Positions 29,301-39,589 are shown, counted from the stretch's first letter. The stretch: 64,000 nucleotides of DNA from an uncultured Pseudomonadota bacterium (GCA_963798115.1 CAWCRT010000003.1:44209-108208), one strand, 5' to 3'. Translations and numbers: made by a program. The notes: a model not told the origin generated them from the sequence alone.

Positions 29301-31503
29301 GAAGAAGGTGGCGGAAAAACTGGGCTCCCTCGGCCGTGCCGAAGGCTTGCCGGATCCGGCCGAGGATTTGCCGCATTTGCGCCGGCTCCAGGCCTTGAGC
29401 GCGGAACTCTCAAGCCAGGCGCCGCTGCTGCAAGGAATTCCGGGCTGGAACGGCGTGCAAAGCGACATCGCCAGCATGCAAACCGCCCTGGCGAAGGGTG
29501 AGGCGTTGCGCAAGGCGGCTTCCATCGCGATGGAAGATTCGGAAACGCTCATTGAACGGCGCCAGCAGATGCGCGCCTTGACGGTCGATGCCAATGAGCT
29601 GCTGGCCCCAGGCGGGAAGATCGCCCGGGCGCTGACGGAATGCATTGCCGCGTTGGCGCGGATGCAAAGCCTTACGGCGCAGCTGACCAAGCTGGCCGGT
29701 GCGGAGCCGGATACGGGGCTGAATGCGCTGGGATTGCTCGCGGCTTCCATCGTGGCGCATCCCACGCGCTTGAATCCATGGTGCAACTGGCTGCGCGTGG
29801 TCGCCCAGGCGCAAGCCGCCGGGCTGGCGCCGCTCGTGCAGGCCCTGCGCCGCGATCCCGGCATCGACCTTTCCACCTGTTTCGAAGCCGCTTATGCGCG
29901 CTGGTTCGCCGCACGGCTGATCGACGCGGAGCCGCGCATCAAGGAATTCGTGCCTGATGTGCATATGAGCGATATCGGGATGTTCCGTGCGCTGGAGGAC
30001 CGGCTTGCCGATCTGTCGGTGCGCTACATCAAGGCGCGGATCTGCGGCAAAATCCCGGATAAGAATGACGTCGCGAAAAAGGACGGTTACGGGATTCTGA
30101 AACATCAGCTCCAACTGCAGAAGCGCCACAAGCCGATCCGCCAGCTGACCACCGAGATGGGCGAGGCCTTCACCAGCCTGGCGCCATGCATGCTGATGAG
30201 CCCGCTTTCCATCGCGCAATATCTGCCGCCGGACCAGCCGCTCTTCGACCTGGTGATCTTCGATGAAGCCTCGCAGATCACGCCCTGGGACGCGGTCGGC
30301 GCCATGGCCAGGGGGCGCCAGGTTGTGGTGGCGGGCGATCCGCGACAGATGCCGCCAACGAACTTCTTCGGGCGTTCCGTGGATGAGGACGAAGTCAGCG
30401 ACGATGAAAGGGATGCCGAGAGCATCCTGGAAGAATGCCTGGCTGCCGGTGTGCCGCAACACACGCTGGATTGGCATTATCGCAGCCGGCATGAAAGCCT
30501 GATCGCCTTCTCGAACCATCGCTATTACGACAATCGCCTCATGACCTTCCCCGCGCCGGTGACGCGGGCGAGCGCCGTCTCATGGCGGCGCGTCGAAGGG
30601 GTTTATGCCAAGGGCAACGGGCGCACCAACCAGGCCGAAGCGGAGGCGCTGGTGGCGGAGACCGTGGCGCGCCTTACCGATCCGGAACAGCGGCGCAAAA
30701 CGCTTGGCATCATCGTGCTCAATGCGGAGCAGCAGGAGCTGGTCGGGAACCTTCTGGATCGGGAACGCCGGAATAACCCCGAGCTGGAGCCGTTCTTTGA
30801 CGATGCGGCGACGGAGCCGGTATTCGTGAAGAATCTGGAAACCGTGCAGGGTGATGAGCGCGATGTGATCCTGCTCGGCATCGGTTACGGGCCGACCGAA
30901 CTTGGCGCGCCCGTGATGGCGATGAATTTCGGCCCGCTGAATCGCGATGGCGGCTGGCGTCGGTTGAACGTGGCGCTGACCCGGGCGCGGGCGGAGATGG
31001 TGTTGTTCACCTCGTTCGAGGCGTCGATGATCGACCTTAACCGCACCAACGCCCGCGCGGTGCGGGACCTGAAGCATTTCATCGAATTCGCCGAGCGCGG
31101 CTCGCGGGCTCTGGTGGAGGCCGTGCATGGTTCGGTCGGTGGCTTTGACTTACCCTTTGAGGCAGCCGTGGCGGAAGCTCTGACAGCTAAAGGTTGGGAG
31201 GTGGTGACGCAGATCGGCGTATCGCGCTTCCGCATCGATCTCGGCATCGTGCATCCGGACCGCCCCGGCGATTATCTCGTGGGCGTGGAATGCGACGGCG
31301 CGGCATATCATAGCGCCGCCACCGCGCGCGACCGGGATAAGGTGCGTCAGGCGATCCTGGAAAATCTCGGCTGGAAACTGTTGCGCGTGTGGTCCACCGA
31401 CTGGTGGGTGGACAAGGCCGGGGCGACCGAAAAGCTGCATGCGGGTATCAGCAGGCTGTTGGAGGCTGACCGTGCGCGGTTGGAAAAGGCCGCGGCGGAT
31501 TAA
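26341..31503 (+). CDS. Giant DUF4011 / Upf1-like SF1 helicase fused to a C-terminal Vsr/DUF559-like PD-(D/E)xK nuclease, with an N-terminal transglutaminase-like module
   Basis: RRLLDLTTRNRLLH (DUF4011 hallmark), Walker A LDGPPGTGKSQ (28387-28410), motif II VIFDEASQ (about 30256-30276), VVAGDPRQMPP, WHYRSRHESLIAFSN, TVQGDERDVIL, RRLNVALTRAR. C-terminal RFRIDLGIVH...VGVECDGAAYHS...LLRVWSTDWW. TTG start 26341 with GGGGGA upstream. Confidence 0.85.
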   Translation: MVEIRAVVRPKVGFASHQNSVPLISDLQIENESDEAVGPAILTLSASPGFIAPRTWRIDRLTPGSLLRIADCLTEFDGGMLAALNETLRAQLIFSLAVEDQEIAAARFEIECLPRLHWGGMSSMGLLASFCMPNDPAVDRILKMASEALRAAGREDAIDGYRRSPKEVWLLVSAIWAAIAKLNLSYALPPASFELEGQKIRAPGNIADARIATCLDSSLLFAACLEQAQLHPVIILTKGHAFCGVWLRDTSLPNLIAEEAETVRKHVALNDLVVFETTLVSKAPPAKFSQAIAAADRQIDEAHDADFVAVLDIKRARLQRIRPLGGEEAPQRNAPDMPDGDHPVELPPADFIPPPPERAPAIPDTPAGRLAHWQRRLLDLTTRNRLLHVPDNARAVRPLSQDIARLEEKLSSGQKIKIAPLPELGVGGRDEAQYEQQRLESLKEQVTRLALEEKHTLLCETEKAKLDAQLIDLYRTARSDLQEGGANTLFLAMGFLKWKKTADDARSFRAPLVLLPVRLERKSALSDVVMTQHEDEPRFNLTLLELLRQDFNLDIPGLSGALPVLPNGGLDLKGILTAVRVAVRDIPGFEVTEAVMLATFSFGKYLMWKDMVDRSALLGESPVVRHLIERSEERFRTGSGFPRPEELDRKIDPAELFLPLPADSSQISAVVASANGCDFVLDGPPGTGKSQTIANMIAHNLALGRRVLFVAEKMAALNVVYRRLEEKGLGEFCLQLHSNKASKVDVLKQLERAWDTRDALSADAWAREAGKLRAMRDRLNEFVTLMHGVQPNGMTLYQAIGFAVRHEAVHAPRLSWPHAVTHDEAAMAHLRDLVRRLAIGAAQVAGLPESFAPLRHMEWSNGWQDELLEAAHSFPACLTTLLEASFRLAEAVKLPAANDLSAIEALCGCVQAILNTYQQDMRFAFAADVANLAPLLAQAERLLAEYRALETRLSVPFADIASVPVAALELEWQAASQKFALFARGAKKKVAEKLGSLGRAEGLPDPAEDLPHLRRLQALSAELSSQAPLLQGIPGWNGVQSDIASMQTALAKGEALRKAASIAMEDSETLIERRQQMRALTVDANELLAPGGKIARALTECIAALARMQSLTAQLTKLAGAEPDTGLNALGLLAASIVAHPTRLNPWCNWLRVVAQAQAAGLAPLVQALRRDPGIDLSTCFEAAYARWFAARLIDAEPRIKEFVPDVHMSDIGMFRALEDRLADLSVRYIKARICGKIPDKNDVAKKDGYGILKHQLQLQKRHKPIRQLTTEMGEAFTSLAPCMLMSPLSIAQYLPPDQPLFDLVIFDEASQITPWDAVGAMARGRQVVVAGDPRQMPPTNFFGRSVDEDEVSDDERDAESILEECLAAGVPQHTLDWHYRSRHESLIAFSNHRYYDNRLMTFPAPVTRASAVSWRRVEGVYAKGNGRTNQAEAEALVAETVARLTDPEQRRKTLGIIVLNAEQQELVGNLLDRERRNNPELEPFFDDAATEPVFVKNLETVQGDERDVILLGIGYGPTELGAPVMAMNFGPLNRDGGWRRLNVALTRARAEMVLFTSFEASMIDLNRTNARAVRDLKHFIEFAERGSRALVEAVHGSVGGFDLPFEAAVAEALTAKGWEVVTQIGVSRFRIDLGIVHPDRPGDYLVGVECDGAAYHSAATARDRDKVRQAILENLGWKLLRVWSTDWWVDKAGATEKLHAGISRLLEADRARLEKAAAD

Positions 31504-31641
31504 GGAAGGAAGGGAAGGTTTCTTTTTTGAAAAAAAAGCAAAAAACTTTCTTAAACTTTGGGCCCGTGGCGTTTCAACGCCGCGGGCCCAATTTCAGAGA
31601 AGTTTTTGCGCCGCTTTTTTCAAAAAGCGGCCACTTACTTA
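31501..31641. repeat. Nested-palindrome element, full copy D (left arm degenerate)
   Basis: Begins with the helicase TAA stop (TAAGGAAGGAAGGGAAGG) and ends at the atoE-like stop (CCACTTACTTA). Central hairpin GGGCCCGTGGCGTTTCAACGCCGCGGGCCC at 31560-31589. Confidence 0.9.
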
Positions 31642-33027
31642 AGGAACCAACACCAAAGCCGCCGCATAGATGGCGAGCGACACAATGAACGTGACGGCCG
31701 TGAAGGCCATCACGCGCTGCAGGCGGATGCCGGCCATTGCCACCATCGGCACGGCCCAGAAGGGCTGGAGCATGTTCGAGACATTCTCGGCCATGGCGAC
31801 GCCCATTGCCGTGCGTGCGGTCGAGGCATGGAGGGCCAGCGCGGCCGGCAGCACGAACGGCCCCTGAATGGCCCAGTGACCACCGGCGCTCGGCACCAGC
31901 AGCGTGATGATCAGCGAGCTGATGAAACTCCACAAAGGCAGCGTCGTCTGGCTGGCAATGGTGACAAATCCCTTGGCGATCACCGCGGCCAGGCCGGTGC
32001 CGGCCATGATGCCCATGATGCCGCCATACATCGGGTATTGCAGCAGCATGGAACCGGTCTGTTTCGCCGCTTCGCGAATGGCGTTGGCATAGGCGATGGG
32101 CGAGCCCTGAAGAACCAGGCCGATCAGCAGGAAGATCAGAATCGTCGTGTTGATATCGAGCGAGAAGCCTTTCTCATACCAGGTCATAGCCAGCAGCCCG
32201 CCGCCGAACAGCAGTAGCAGCACGACACCGATGAAGGACCGCTCCATGCGCGCCGCGAGCGAGGTTGCGCCGGCCGCGCGGGCGTGCGGGTCGATGCTGG
32301 TCGTTGCGGCAGGTTCGGAGAAGGCCTGGATATCGCCTTCCTTGGGATGCATCAGGATGAAGATCACGGCCATGACCAGGACGACCAGAACGGTCGGCAC
32401 GAGCACGAAGGGCGCGAAGATCGTCTCGCTCAACGGGATCACATGTCCCGTGGCTTTTTCGACGAAGTTCAGGGCGTTGCCGTGCGAGGCCTGGGAGAGA
32501 GCGATGGAGCTGGAGAGGCCGTTATTGCAGATCGACCAGGCCGAATAGCTTCCGGCCACCAGCCAAGCGAAATCCACGCGCGTCTGCCGGGCGATTTCAC
32601 GTGCCAGAAATGCGGCAACCACCAGGCCCAGCCCCCAATTCAACCAGGCGGCGATGGCGACGACCGGAAACAGCAACACCACCGCTTGCGCCGGCGAGCG
32701 CACATTTTCGGCGAGGCGGCGCAGCCCTCTGCGTACGACCGGCGCATCCGCGACCGCGAAACCGGTCGCGAGAATCAGGATCATTTGCAGCGCAAAGGCG
32801 AGGATCTTGAACGCGCCACCATACCACGCGTTCAGCACGTTCGGCACCGAGGCATGCGGCGCAAACGCAAAGGCGAGAATCGCCACCAGCGCCGTGAGCC
32901 CGATCGACAGGACAAACGGATCCGGCAGGACTTGCTCGAACACATAGACAAGTTTGGCGATCAGCCCGCTTTGGCCCTGGGCGGGCGGCAAGCCCGCGAC
33001 CGTGGCGGTATCTTTACTCGAACTCAT
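31639..33027 (-). CDS. Short-chain fatty acid transporter (AtoE family)
   Basis: 462 aa polytopic protein. The N-terminus ...LIAKLVYVFEQVLPDPFVLSIGLT is typical of the AtoE family. Confidence 0.85.
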   Translation of the reverse strand: MSSSKDTATVAGLPPAQGQSGLIAKLVYVFEQVLPDPFVLSIGLTALVAILAFAFAPHASVPNVLNAWYGGAFKILAFALQMILILATGFAVADAPVVRRGLRRLAENVRSPAQAVVLLFPVVAIAAWLNWGLGLVVAAFLAREIARQTRVDFAWLVAGSYSAWSICNNGLSSSIALSQASHGNALNFVEKATGHVIPLSETIFAPFVLVPTVLVVLVMAVIFILMHPKEGDIQAFSEPAATTSIDPHARAAGATSLAARMERSFIGVVLLLLFGGGLLAMTWYEKGFSLDINTTILIFLLIGLVLQGSPIAYANAIREAAKQTGSMLLQYPMYGGIMGIMAGTGLAAVIAKGFVTIASQTTLPLWSFISSLIITLLVPSAGGHWAIQGPFVLPAALALHASTARTAMGVAMAENVSNMLQPFWAVPMVAMAGIRLQRVMAFTAVTFIVSLAIYAAALVLVP

Positions 33028-33103
33028 AGCGTTTCGTTCCTTATTTTTACTTGAACGATCGGAAGCTTGGGGCCCGGCCTAGCCGGGCGCCGGCAGCATT
33101 TGG

Positions 33104-34306
<1,203 letters not shown>

Positions 34307-34317
34307 GTTTCCGCTCC

Positions 34318-34962
34318 TCAAGCCAGGCCGAGCGCGAAGGGCGCGGCGGTCTTCAGCTTCACCTCGTCGAGGCTGACATCGGGCGCGAGTTCGATCAGGG
34401 TCAGCCCGCCTTTGGTTTTGTCACAGGCGAACACACAAAGATCCGTGACGATCAGATCCACCACGCCGGTTCCCGTCAGCGGCAGGCTGCAACGTTCGGC
34501 GATTTTCGGCGTGCCGTCCTTGGCCGTGTGTTCCATGACCACGACGACGCGCTTCACGCCGGCCACCAGATCCATGGCTCCGCCCATGCCCTTGAGCATT
34601 TTCCCCGGGATGGTCCAGTTCGCGATGTCGCCATTCGCGGCGACTTCCATCGCGCCGAGCACGGTGAGGTCGATATGCCCGCCGCGGATCATCGCGAAAC
34701 TTTGCGAGGACGAGAAAAAAGAGGTCGTCGGCAGAGCCGTGACCGTCTGCTTGCCGGCATTGATGAGGTCCGGATCGACTTCCTCAGGATAGGGGAACGG
34801 CCCCATGCCGAGCATGCCGTTCTCGCTTTGCAGCGTGACATCGATGCCGGGCGGAATATGGTTGGCAACCAGCGTCGGAATCCCGATGCCGAGATTCACG
34901 TAATATCCGTCTTTCAATTCCCGTGCGGCGCGGGCCGCCATCTGATCGCGTGTCCAGGGCAT
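34318..34962 (-). CDS. pcaJ: 3-oxoacid CoA-transferase subunit B
   Basis: 214 aa with the SENG motif ([12 protein letters not shown]). Confidence 0.85.
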   Translation of the reverse strand: MPWTRDQMAARAARELKDGYYVNLGIGIPTLVANHIPPGIDVTLQSENGMLGMGPFPYPEEVDPDLINAGKQTVTALPTTSFFSSSQSFAMIRGGHIDLTVLGAMEVAANGDIANWTIPGKMLKGMGGAMDLVAGVKRVVVVMEHTAKDGTPKIAERCSLPLTGTGVVDLIVTDLCVFACDKTKGGLTLIELAPDVSLDEVKLKTAAPFALGLA

Positions 34963-35693
34963 CAGTGCGCACTCCCCGCAGCTTCGGTTTCCGTTTCGCG
35001 TTCGCGTATCGTCCGTTTTTCAATCCGCTTTTCGTTCACCGTGCTCAGCACGATCCGGTCGACATAAATGCCCGGCGTGTGGATGAAATCGGGATCGAAC
35101 GTGCCGGCGGGCACGATTTCTTCTACCTCGACGATCGAGACTTTTGCCGCCGTGACCATGTCGGCATTGAAATTGCGGGCGGTCTTGCGGAACATGAGGT
35201 TGCCCGCGGGATCGGCGCGCCAGGCTTTGACGATGGCGAGATCCGCTCTCAGCCATTTTTCACGGATATAGCGCACGCCGTCGAATTCTTCTTCCGGCTT
35301 GCCCTCGGCAACGACAGTGCCGACCCCGGTGCGGGTATAGAAGGCGGGAATGCCGGCCCCGCCGGCGCGGATCCGCTCGGCCAGGGTCCCTTGCGGGTTC
35401 AACTCCAGTTCCAGCTTGCCCGCCAGATAAAGCTGCTCGAACAATTTGTTCTCGCCGATATAGGAGCTGATCATTTTGCGGATCTGGCCGTTATTGAGCA
35501 GCGTCCAGAGGCCGAACCCGTCGGCGCCGCAATTATTGGAAACGACCGTAAGGTCGCGCACCCCCGCATTGAGCAGGGCCAGGATCAGGCTTTCCGGATT
35601 GCCGGACAGGCCGAAACCGCCGGACATGACCGTCATCCCATCAAAAAGCACATCTTTTACGGCTTCCGCCGGACTGGAAAAAATCTTTTGCAC
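34962..35693 (-). CDS. pcaI: 3-oxoacid CoA-transferase subunit A
   Basis: [34 protein letters not shown]... The track ORF extends to 35936 but crosses the operator and promoter; GTG 35693 with AAGGGA upstream is preferred. Confidence 0.85.
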   Translation of the reverse strand: MQKIFSSPAEAVKDVLFDGMTVMSGGFGLSGNPESLILALLNAGVRDLTVVSNNCGADGFGLWTLLNNGQIRKMISSYIGENKLFEQLYLAGKLELELNPQGTLAERIRAGGAGIPAFYTRTGVGTVVAEGKPEEEFDGVRYIREKWLRADLAIVKAWRADPAGNLMFRKTARNFNADMVTAAKVSIVEVEEIVPAGTFDPDFIHTPGIYVDRIVLSTVNEKRIEKRTIRERETETEAAGSAH

Positions 35694-35704
35694 GCTGTTC
35701 CCTT

Positions 35705-35723
35705 TTGACCGATAATCGGTCAA
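35705..35723. promoter_or_regulatory. IclR/PcaR-type operator (perfect 19-bp palindrome)
   Basis: TTGACCGATAATCGGTCAA lies between divergent pcaI and the IclR gene. The core CGATAATCG matches the PcaR box as I recall it from Pseudomonas. A second partial site TCGTTAATCGG is at about 35729-35739. Confidence 0.6.
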
Positions 35724-35754
35724 TATACTCGTTAATCGGAGTAAAATCCTCGTC

Positions 35755-36555
35755 GTGTCAGAAGTCAAGACAAAGAATTCGTCACCAAATAGTGAGGTTG
35801 ACCCACGTTTCATGACGTCGCTCGCCCGTGGCCTCGAGGTGCTGTGCGCCTTCGAAGGGCACGCCGCGCTGACGGTGACGCAGGCGGCCAAGCGCACGGG
35901 TCTGTCTCGTTCGAGCGTTGCGCGCTGCCTCTTCACCTTGGAGAGTCTGGGCTACGTGGCCGGCGATGGCACGGCCTACCGCCTGCGGCCGTCGCTGTTG
36001 CCGCTCGCTTGTGCCTTCTCCGATTCCGATCCGCTCGCGAAGGCCGGCCAGCCGATCGTCAATGCGGTTTGCGACCGGCTGAAGGAATCCTGCTCCCTGG
36101 CGATGTTCGACACGCGCAGCGGGTACGAGACGGTCGTATATATCTGCCGCGCGGAGACGTCGCGTATCATCTCGCTTCCCTTGCTCATCGGCAGCACGTT
36201 GCCGAGCTACTGCACCTCGATCGGCCGCGTGCTGCTGGCCGCCTTGCCGGATGCGGCGCTGGCAAAATATCTGTCGTCCGGCTCCTTCCCGGCGCGCACG
36301 GCCAAGACGATCACCAGCCAGGCCGAGCTGGACAGGGAAATTGAGCTGGTGCGCCGGCAGGGTTGGGCGATCGCCGATGGCGAGTTGGAGCCGGGGCTGC
36401 GTTCGATCGCGGTACCCGTGCGCAAAGCGGATGGCCAGATCGTAGCCGCTCTCAACCTCGCCACCCAGGCGACGCATCGCAGCCTGGACTGGCTCACCGA
36501 AACGGCGCTGCTCGAACTCCAGGCCGCGGCGACACATCTGGCCCGCGTCGCGTAG
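35755..36555 (+). CDS. pcaR: IclR family transcriptional regulator (PcaR-like)
   Basis: [12 protein letters not shown]...[32 protein letters not shown] region and a C-terminal IclR effector domain. Confidence 0.8.
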   Translation: MSEVKTKNSSPNSEVDPRFMTSLARGLEVLCAFEGHAALTVTQAAKRTGLSRSSVARCLFTLESLGYVAGDGTAYRLRPSLLPLACAFSDSDPLAKAGQPIVNAVCDRLKESCSLAMFDTRSGYETVVYICRAETSRIISLPLLIGSTLPSYCTSIGRVLLAALPDAALAKYLSSGSFPARTAKTITSQAELDREIELVRRQGWAIADGELEPGLRSIAVPVRKADGQIVAALNLATQATHRSLDWLTETALLELQAAATHLARVA

Positions 36556-36698
36556 TTAAGAAAAGAAAGGCTACTTTTTGTGAACAAAAAGTAGCAAAAA
36601 AAACTTTGTTAACTTGGGTCCGTGCCGTTTCAACGCCTCGGGCCCAAACTCAGAAAAGTTTTTGCGCCGCTTTTTTCAAAAAGCGGCTACTTCCTTTT
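36556..36698. repeat. Nested-palindrome element, full copy E
   Basis: Arm GCTACTTTTTGTGAACAAAAAGTAGC (36570-36595), central GGGTCCGTGCCGTTTCAACGCCTCGGGCCC, arm GCCGCTTTTTTCAAAAAGCGGC. Starts 1 nt after the pcaR TAG. Confidence 0.9.
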
Positions 36699-36744
36699 GC
36701 GCGCGCTGACGCCATTATGGGGCCATACTAACTAAGGAAACACC

Positions 36745-37812
36745 ATGAAGAAGCATAGCATAGCGGTGATCGCCGGCGACGGCATCGGCAAGGAAGTGGT
36801 CCCGGCGGCGATCCATGTGCTCGACCGGGTCGCGGCGCAGTTCGGTTTCACGCTCGCCTATCGGAATTTCGACTGGTCCTGCGAAACCTATAAGCAGACG
36901 GGCCGGATGATGCCGGAAGACGGCATCGCGCAACTGGCGGATCACGATGCCATCCTGCTCGGCGCCGTGGGCTTTCCGGGTGTGCCGGATCATGTGTCGC
37001 TCTGGGGCCTGCTGATCCCGATCCGCCGCGAGTTCGATCAATACGTCAATCTCCGCCCGGTGCGCCTGTTGCCCGGCGTGCCGTGCCCGCTCGCGAACAA
37101 GAAGCCCGGCGATATCGATTTCTGGGTCGTGCGCGAGAACACCGAAGGCGAATATTCCCAGCTCGGCGGCCGTTCCTTCGCCGGTACCGAGCGCGAGATG
37201 GTGCAGCAGGTCGCTTTGTTCACCCGTCATGGGACTGATCGCATCCTGCGCTTTGCTTTCGACCTCGCGCAAAAACTCGGCCGCAAGCATGTCACCTCGG
37301 CGACCAAGTCCAACGGCATTTTCCACTCGATGCCGTTCTGGGATGAGCGCTTTGCCGCCATCGGCGCTGAATATCCCGAGATCAGGACTGATCAGTACCA
37401 TATCGACATTCTCGCGGCGCGCTTCGTGATGTCGCCGGAGCGTTTCGATGTCGTCGTGGGTTCGAACCTGTTTGGCGATATTCTGTCCGACCTCGGCCCG
37501 GGCGTGACGGGTACGATCGCGGTAGCGCCTTCGGCCAACCTGAATCCGGAACGGAAATTCCCCTCGATGTTCGAGCCCGTGCACGGCTCGGCGCCGGACA
37601 TTGCCGGCCAGGGCATCGCCAATCCCGTCGGCACCATCTGGTCAGCCGCGATGATGCTGGATCATCTGGGTGAAGCGGACGCCGCGGCCGCGATCATGCG
37701 CGCGATCGAAACGGTGCTGGCACGGCCCGACGCGCCGCGCACGCCAGATCTCGGCGGCCAGGCCCGCACCGATGATCTCGCACGGGCGATTGCGGACGCG
37801 CTGCCGAAGTAA
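36745..37812 (+). CDS. ttuC: Tartrate dehydrogenase/decarboxylase (D-malate dehydrogenase), isopropylmalate dehydrogenase family
   Basis: MKKHSIAVIAGDGIGKEV N-terminus, NLFGDILSD motif, 355 aa. Confidence 0.8.
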   Translation: MKKHSIAVIAGDGIGKEVVPAAIHVLDRVAAQFGFTLAYRNFDWSCETYKQTGRMMPEDGIAQLADHDAILLGAVGFPGVPDHVSLWGLLIPIRREFDQYVNLRPVRLLPGVPCPLANKKPGDIDFWVVRENTEGEYSQLGGRSFAGTEREMVQQVALFTRHGTDRILRFAFDLAQKLGRKHVTSATKSNGIFHSMPFWDERFAAIGAEYPEIRTDQYHIDILAARFVMSPERFDVVVGSNLFGDILSDLGPGVTGTIAVAPSANLNPERKFPSMFEPVHGSAPDIAGQGIANPVGTIWSAAMMLDHLGEADAAAAIMRAIETVLARPDAPRTPDLGGQARTDDLARAIADALPK

Positions 37813-37950
37813 GGAAAAGCTAAGCGGCCGCTTTTTGGAAAAAGCGGCACCAAAAACTTTTATCGGTTTGGGCCGGCGGCTGTGAAACCCGCACGGCCCA
37901 AATTTAAAAAATTTTTGCGCCGCTTTTTTCAAAAAGCGGCTACTTTCTTT
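37810..37950. repeat. Nested-palindrome element, full copy F (both arms GCCGC type)
   Basis: Starts at the ttuC TAA. Arms GCCGCTTTTTGGAAAAAGCGGC and GCCGCTTTTTTCAAAAAGCGGC. Central GGGCCGGCGGCTGTGAAACCCGCACGGCCC. Confidence 0.9.
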
Positions 37951-37962
37951 AATTAATTTCTT

Positions 37963-38346
37963 ATGCCGGACAGCAACATCGCCGAGGCCATCTTCGTCGT
38001 TCATCTCGCGATCATTGTCTTCAATGTCGCGGGGTTGATCGTGATTCCGTTGGGCGCCTGGCTGGATTGGGCCATCGTCCGCATCGCCTGGCTGCGCCTG
38101 CTGCATTTGGCCCTGCTCGCCATCGTGACCGCACAGGCGCTTGCCGGAAAGGCTTGTATTCTGACGATCTGGCAAAGCGATCTGCTCGGCCTCGGTCAGC
38201 CGGCTCAGCCGATGATCATGCGCTGGGTCGAGCGGCTGGTTTATTGGAACTTGCCGATGTGGGTTTTCGCCGTGATGTATAGCGGCGTGTTTTTATATGT
38301 TCTGGCGCTGACTATGTTCGTGCCGTTTTGGAAGAAAGTAAGATAA
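37963..38346 (+). CDS. DUF2784-like small membrane protein
   Basis: 127 aa, 4 TM. The pattern FVVHLAIIVFNVAGLIVIPLG...LLHLALLAIVTAQAL..CILT resembles DUF2784. Confidence 0.65.
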   Translation: MPDSNIAEAIFVVHLAIIVFNVAGLIVIPLGAWLDWAIVRIAWLRLLHLALLAIVTAQALAGKACILTIWQSDLLGLGQPAQPMIMRWVERLVYWNLPMWVFAVMYSGVFLYVLALTMFVPFWKKVR

Positions 38347-38435
38347 AAAGTAAGTGGCCGCTTTTTGAAAAAAGCAGCACCAAAAACTTTTGGGACTTTA
38401 GGTCCGTGGCAGCGAAACCAGCACGGCCCAAGTTA
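38344..38435. repeat. Nested-palindrome element copy G, left part (interrupted by IS630)
   Basis: Starts at the TAA of the DUF2784 gene. Arm GCCGCTTTTTGAAAAAAGCAGC, linker, central hairpin, then ...CCCAAGTTA is cut at the TA at 38434-38435. Confidence 0.85.
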
Positions 38436-39531
38436 CTCACAAGTCGATAATTTAGGCGACAAATATGTTGACATGAACGCCATGGGTTGATTCAAGGTTT
38501 TCATGAAGTGCGACGGACGCAAGCTTGATCACAAGACGTTGGAAACGATCCGGCAGATGGCGGTTGAGCGTGTTCGAGAGGGTGAATCGGCTTCGACGGT
38601 GATCGCGTCCTATGGTTTCAGTCGCACATCGATTTACCGGTGGCTGAAAGCTGTTGAGGATGCTGGCGCGGCCGCATTGCGGGCGCGTTCGGCGCCTGGG
38701 CGTCCACGCAGCCTTACGGCCGAGCAGGAGCAACAGGTTTTCCGTTGGATCAACGGCAACGACCCGCGTCAGTACGGGCTTGATTTCGGGCTGTGGACGC
38801 GCGCGCTGGTAGTGGAACTGGTCGAGCGGAAGTTTGGGATCAGGCTTGGCCTGACGGCGGTCGGGAGTTGCTTGCCCGGCTCGGGCTGACGCCGCAAAAG
38901 CCGCTTGAGCGTGCCTACCAGCGCGATCCGGAGGCGATCGAGCGCTGGCAGCGTGAGACCTATCCGGCGATTGCACGGCAAGCCAAAGCCGAGGGCGCGG
39001 AGATATTCTTCTGGGACGAATCTGGGTTTCGCGCCGACGCCGTTCATGGGCTGACCTGGGGCGTCAAAGGACAGACACCGGTGGTGGAGCGCCCTGGCCA
39101 ACGACAGTCGATTAGCGCGGCCTCGGCGGTGAACGCCAAGGGCGCCTTTTGGTATTGCACCTATGAAGGCGGGCTCACGGCCGAATTGTTCGTGACGCTC
39201 CTGCGCCAGATGATGCGCTATCGTCGCAAACCTGTGCATCTGATCGTCGATGGGCTGCCAGCGCACAAGACCAAGCTGGTGAAGGACTATGTCCAATCGA
39301 CCAAGGGCCGGCTGACGCTCCATTTTCTGCCGGGCTATGCGCCGGAACTCAACCCGGACGAACTGGTCTGGAGCTACGTCAAGCGTACCGGCGTGGCACG
39401 CACGCCTCTGCGCAAGGGCGAACAAATGCGCGACAAAATCAGCGCTCAATTGGCAGCCATCAAGGCAATGCCGCGTCTTGTCCGCTCATTCTTCAAAGCC
39501 CCATCTGTCGCATATATTACCGACCGGTGAG
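38436..39531 (+). mobile_element. IS630-family insertion sequence (about 1.1 kb) with TA target duplication
   Basis: Terminal inverted repeats CTCACAAGTCGATAATTTAGGCGAC (left) and GTCGCATATATTACCGACCGGTGAG (right). TA is present on both sides (38434-38435 and 39532-39533). Internal Tc1/mariner-type transposase. Confidence 0.85.
38503..39530 (+). pseudogene. IS630 transposase split over two frames (HTH part 38503-38889, DDE part 38793-39530)
   Basis: The junction reads ...LGLTAVG / ELLARLGLTPQKPLERAYQRD. One extra G in the GGG run at 38863-38865 would fuse the frames. This is either a 1-nt deletion or a frameshift-dependent gene. Confidence 0.75.
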
Positions 39532-39589
39532 TAATAAAGTTTTTTTGCTACTTTTTGTTCACAAAAAGTAGCCTTCTCTTTCTTCCTTA
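39532..39589. repeat. Nested-palindrome element copy G, right part
   Basis: TAATAAAGTTTTTTTGC, arm GCTACTTTTTGTTCACAAAAAGTAGC, CTTCTCTTTCTTCCTTA. Ends on the glxA-like stop codon. Confidence 0.85.

Noticed and set aside
38863-38865. Treating the IS630 transposase split as a proven programmed -1 frameshift
   Set aside because: No classical slippery heptamer is present. The break is a G-run one base short of an in-frame fusion, so a simple deletion or a sequencing error is equally likely.
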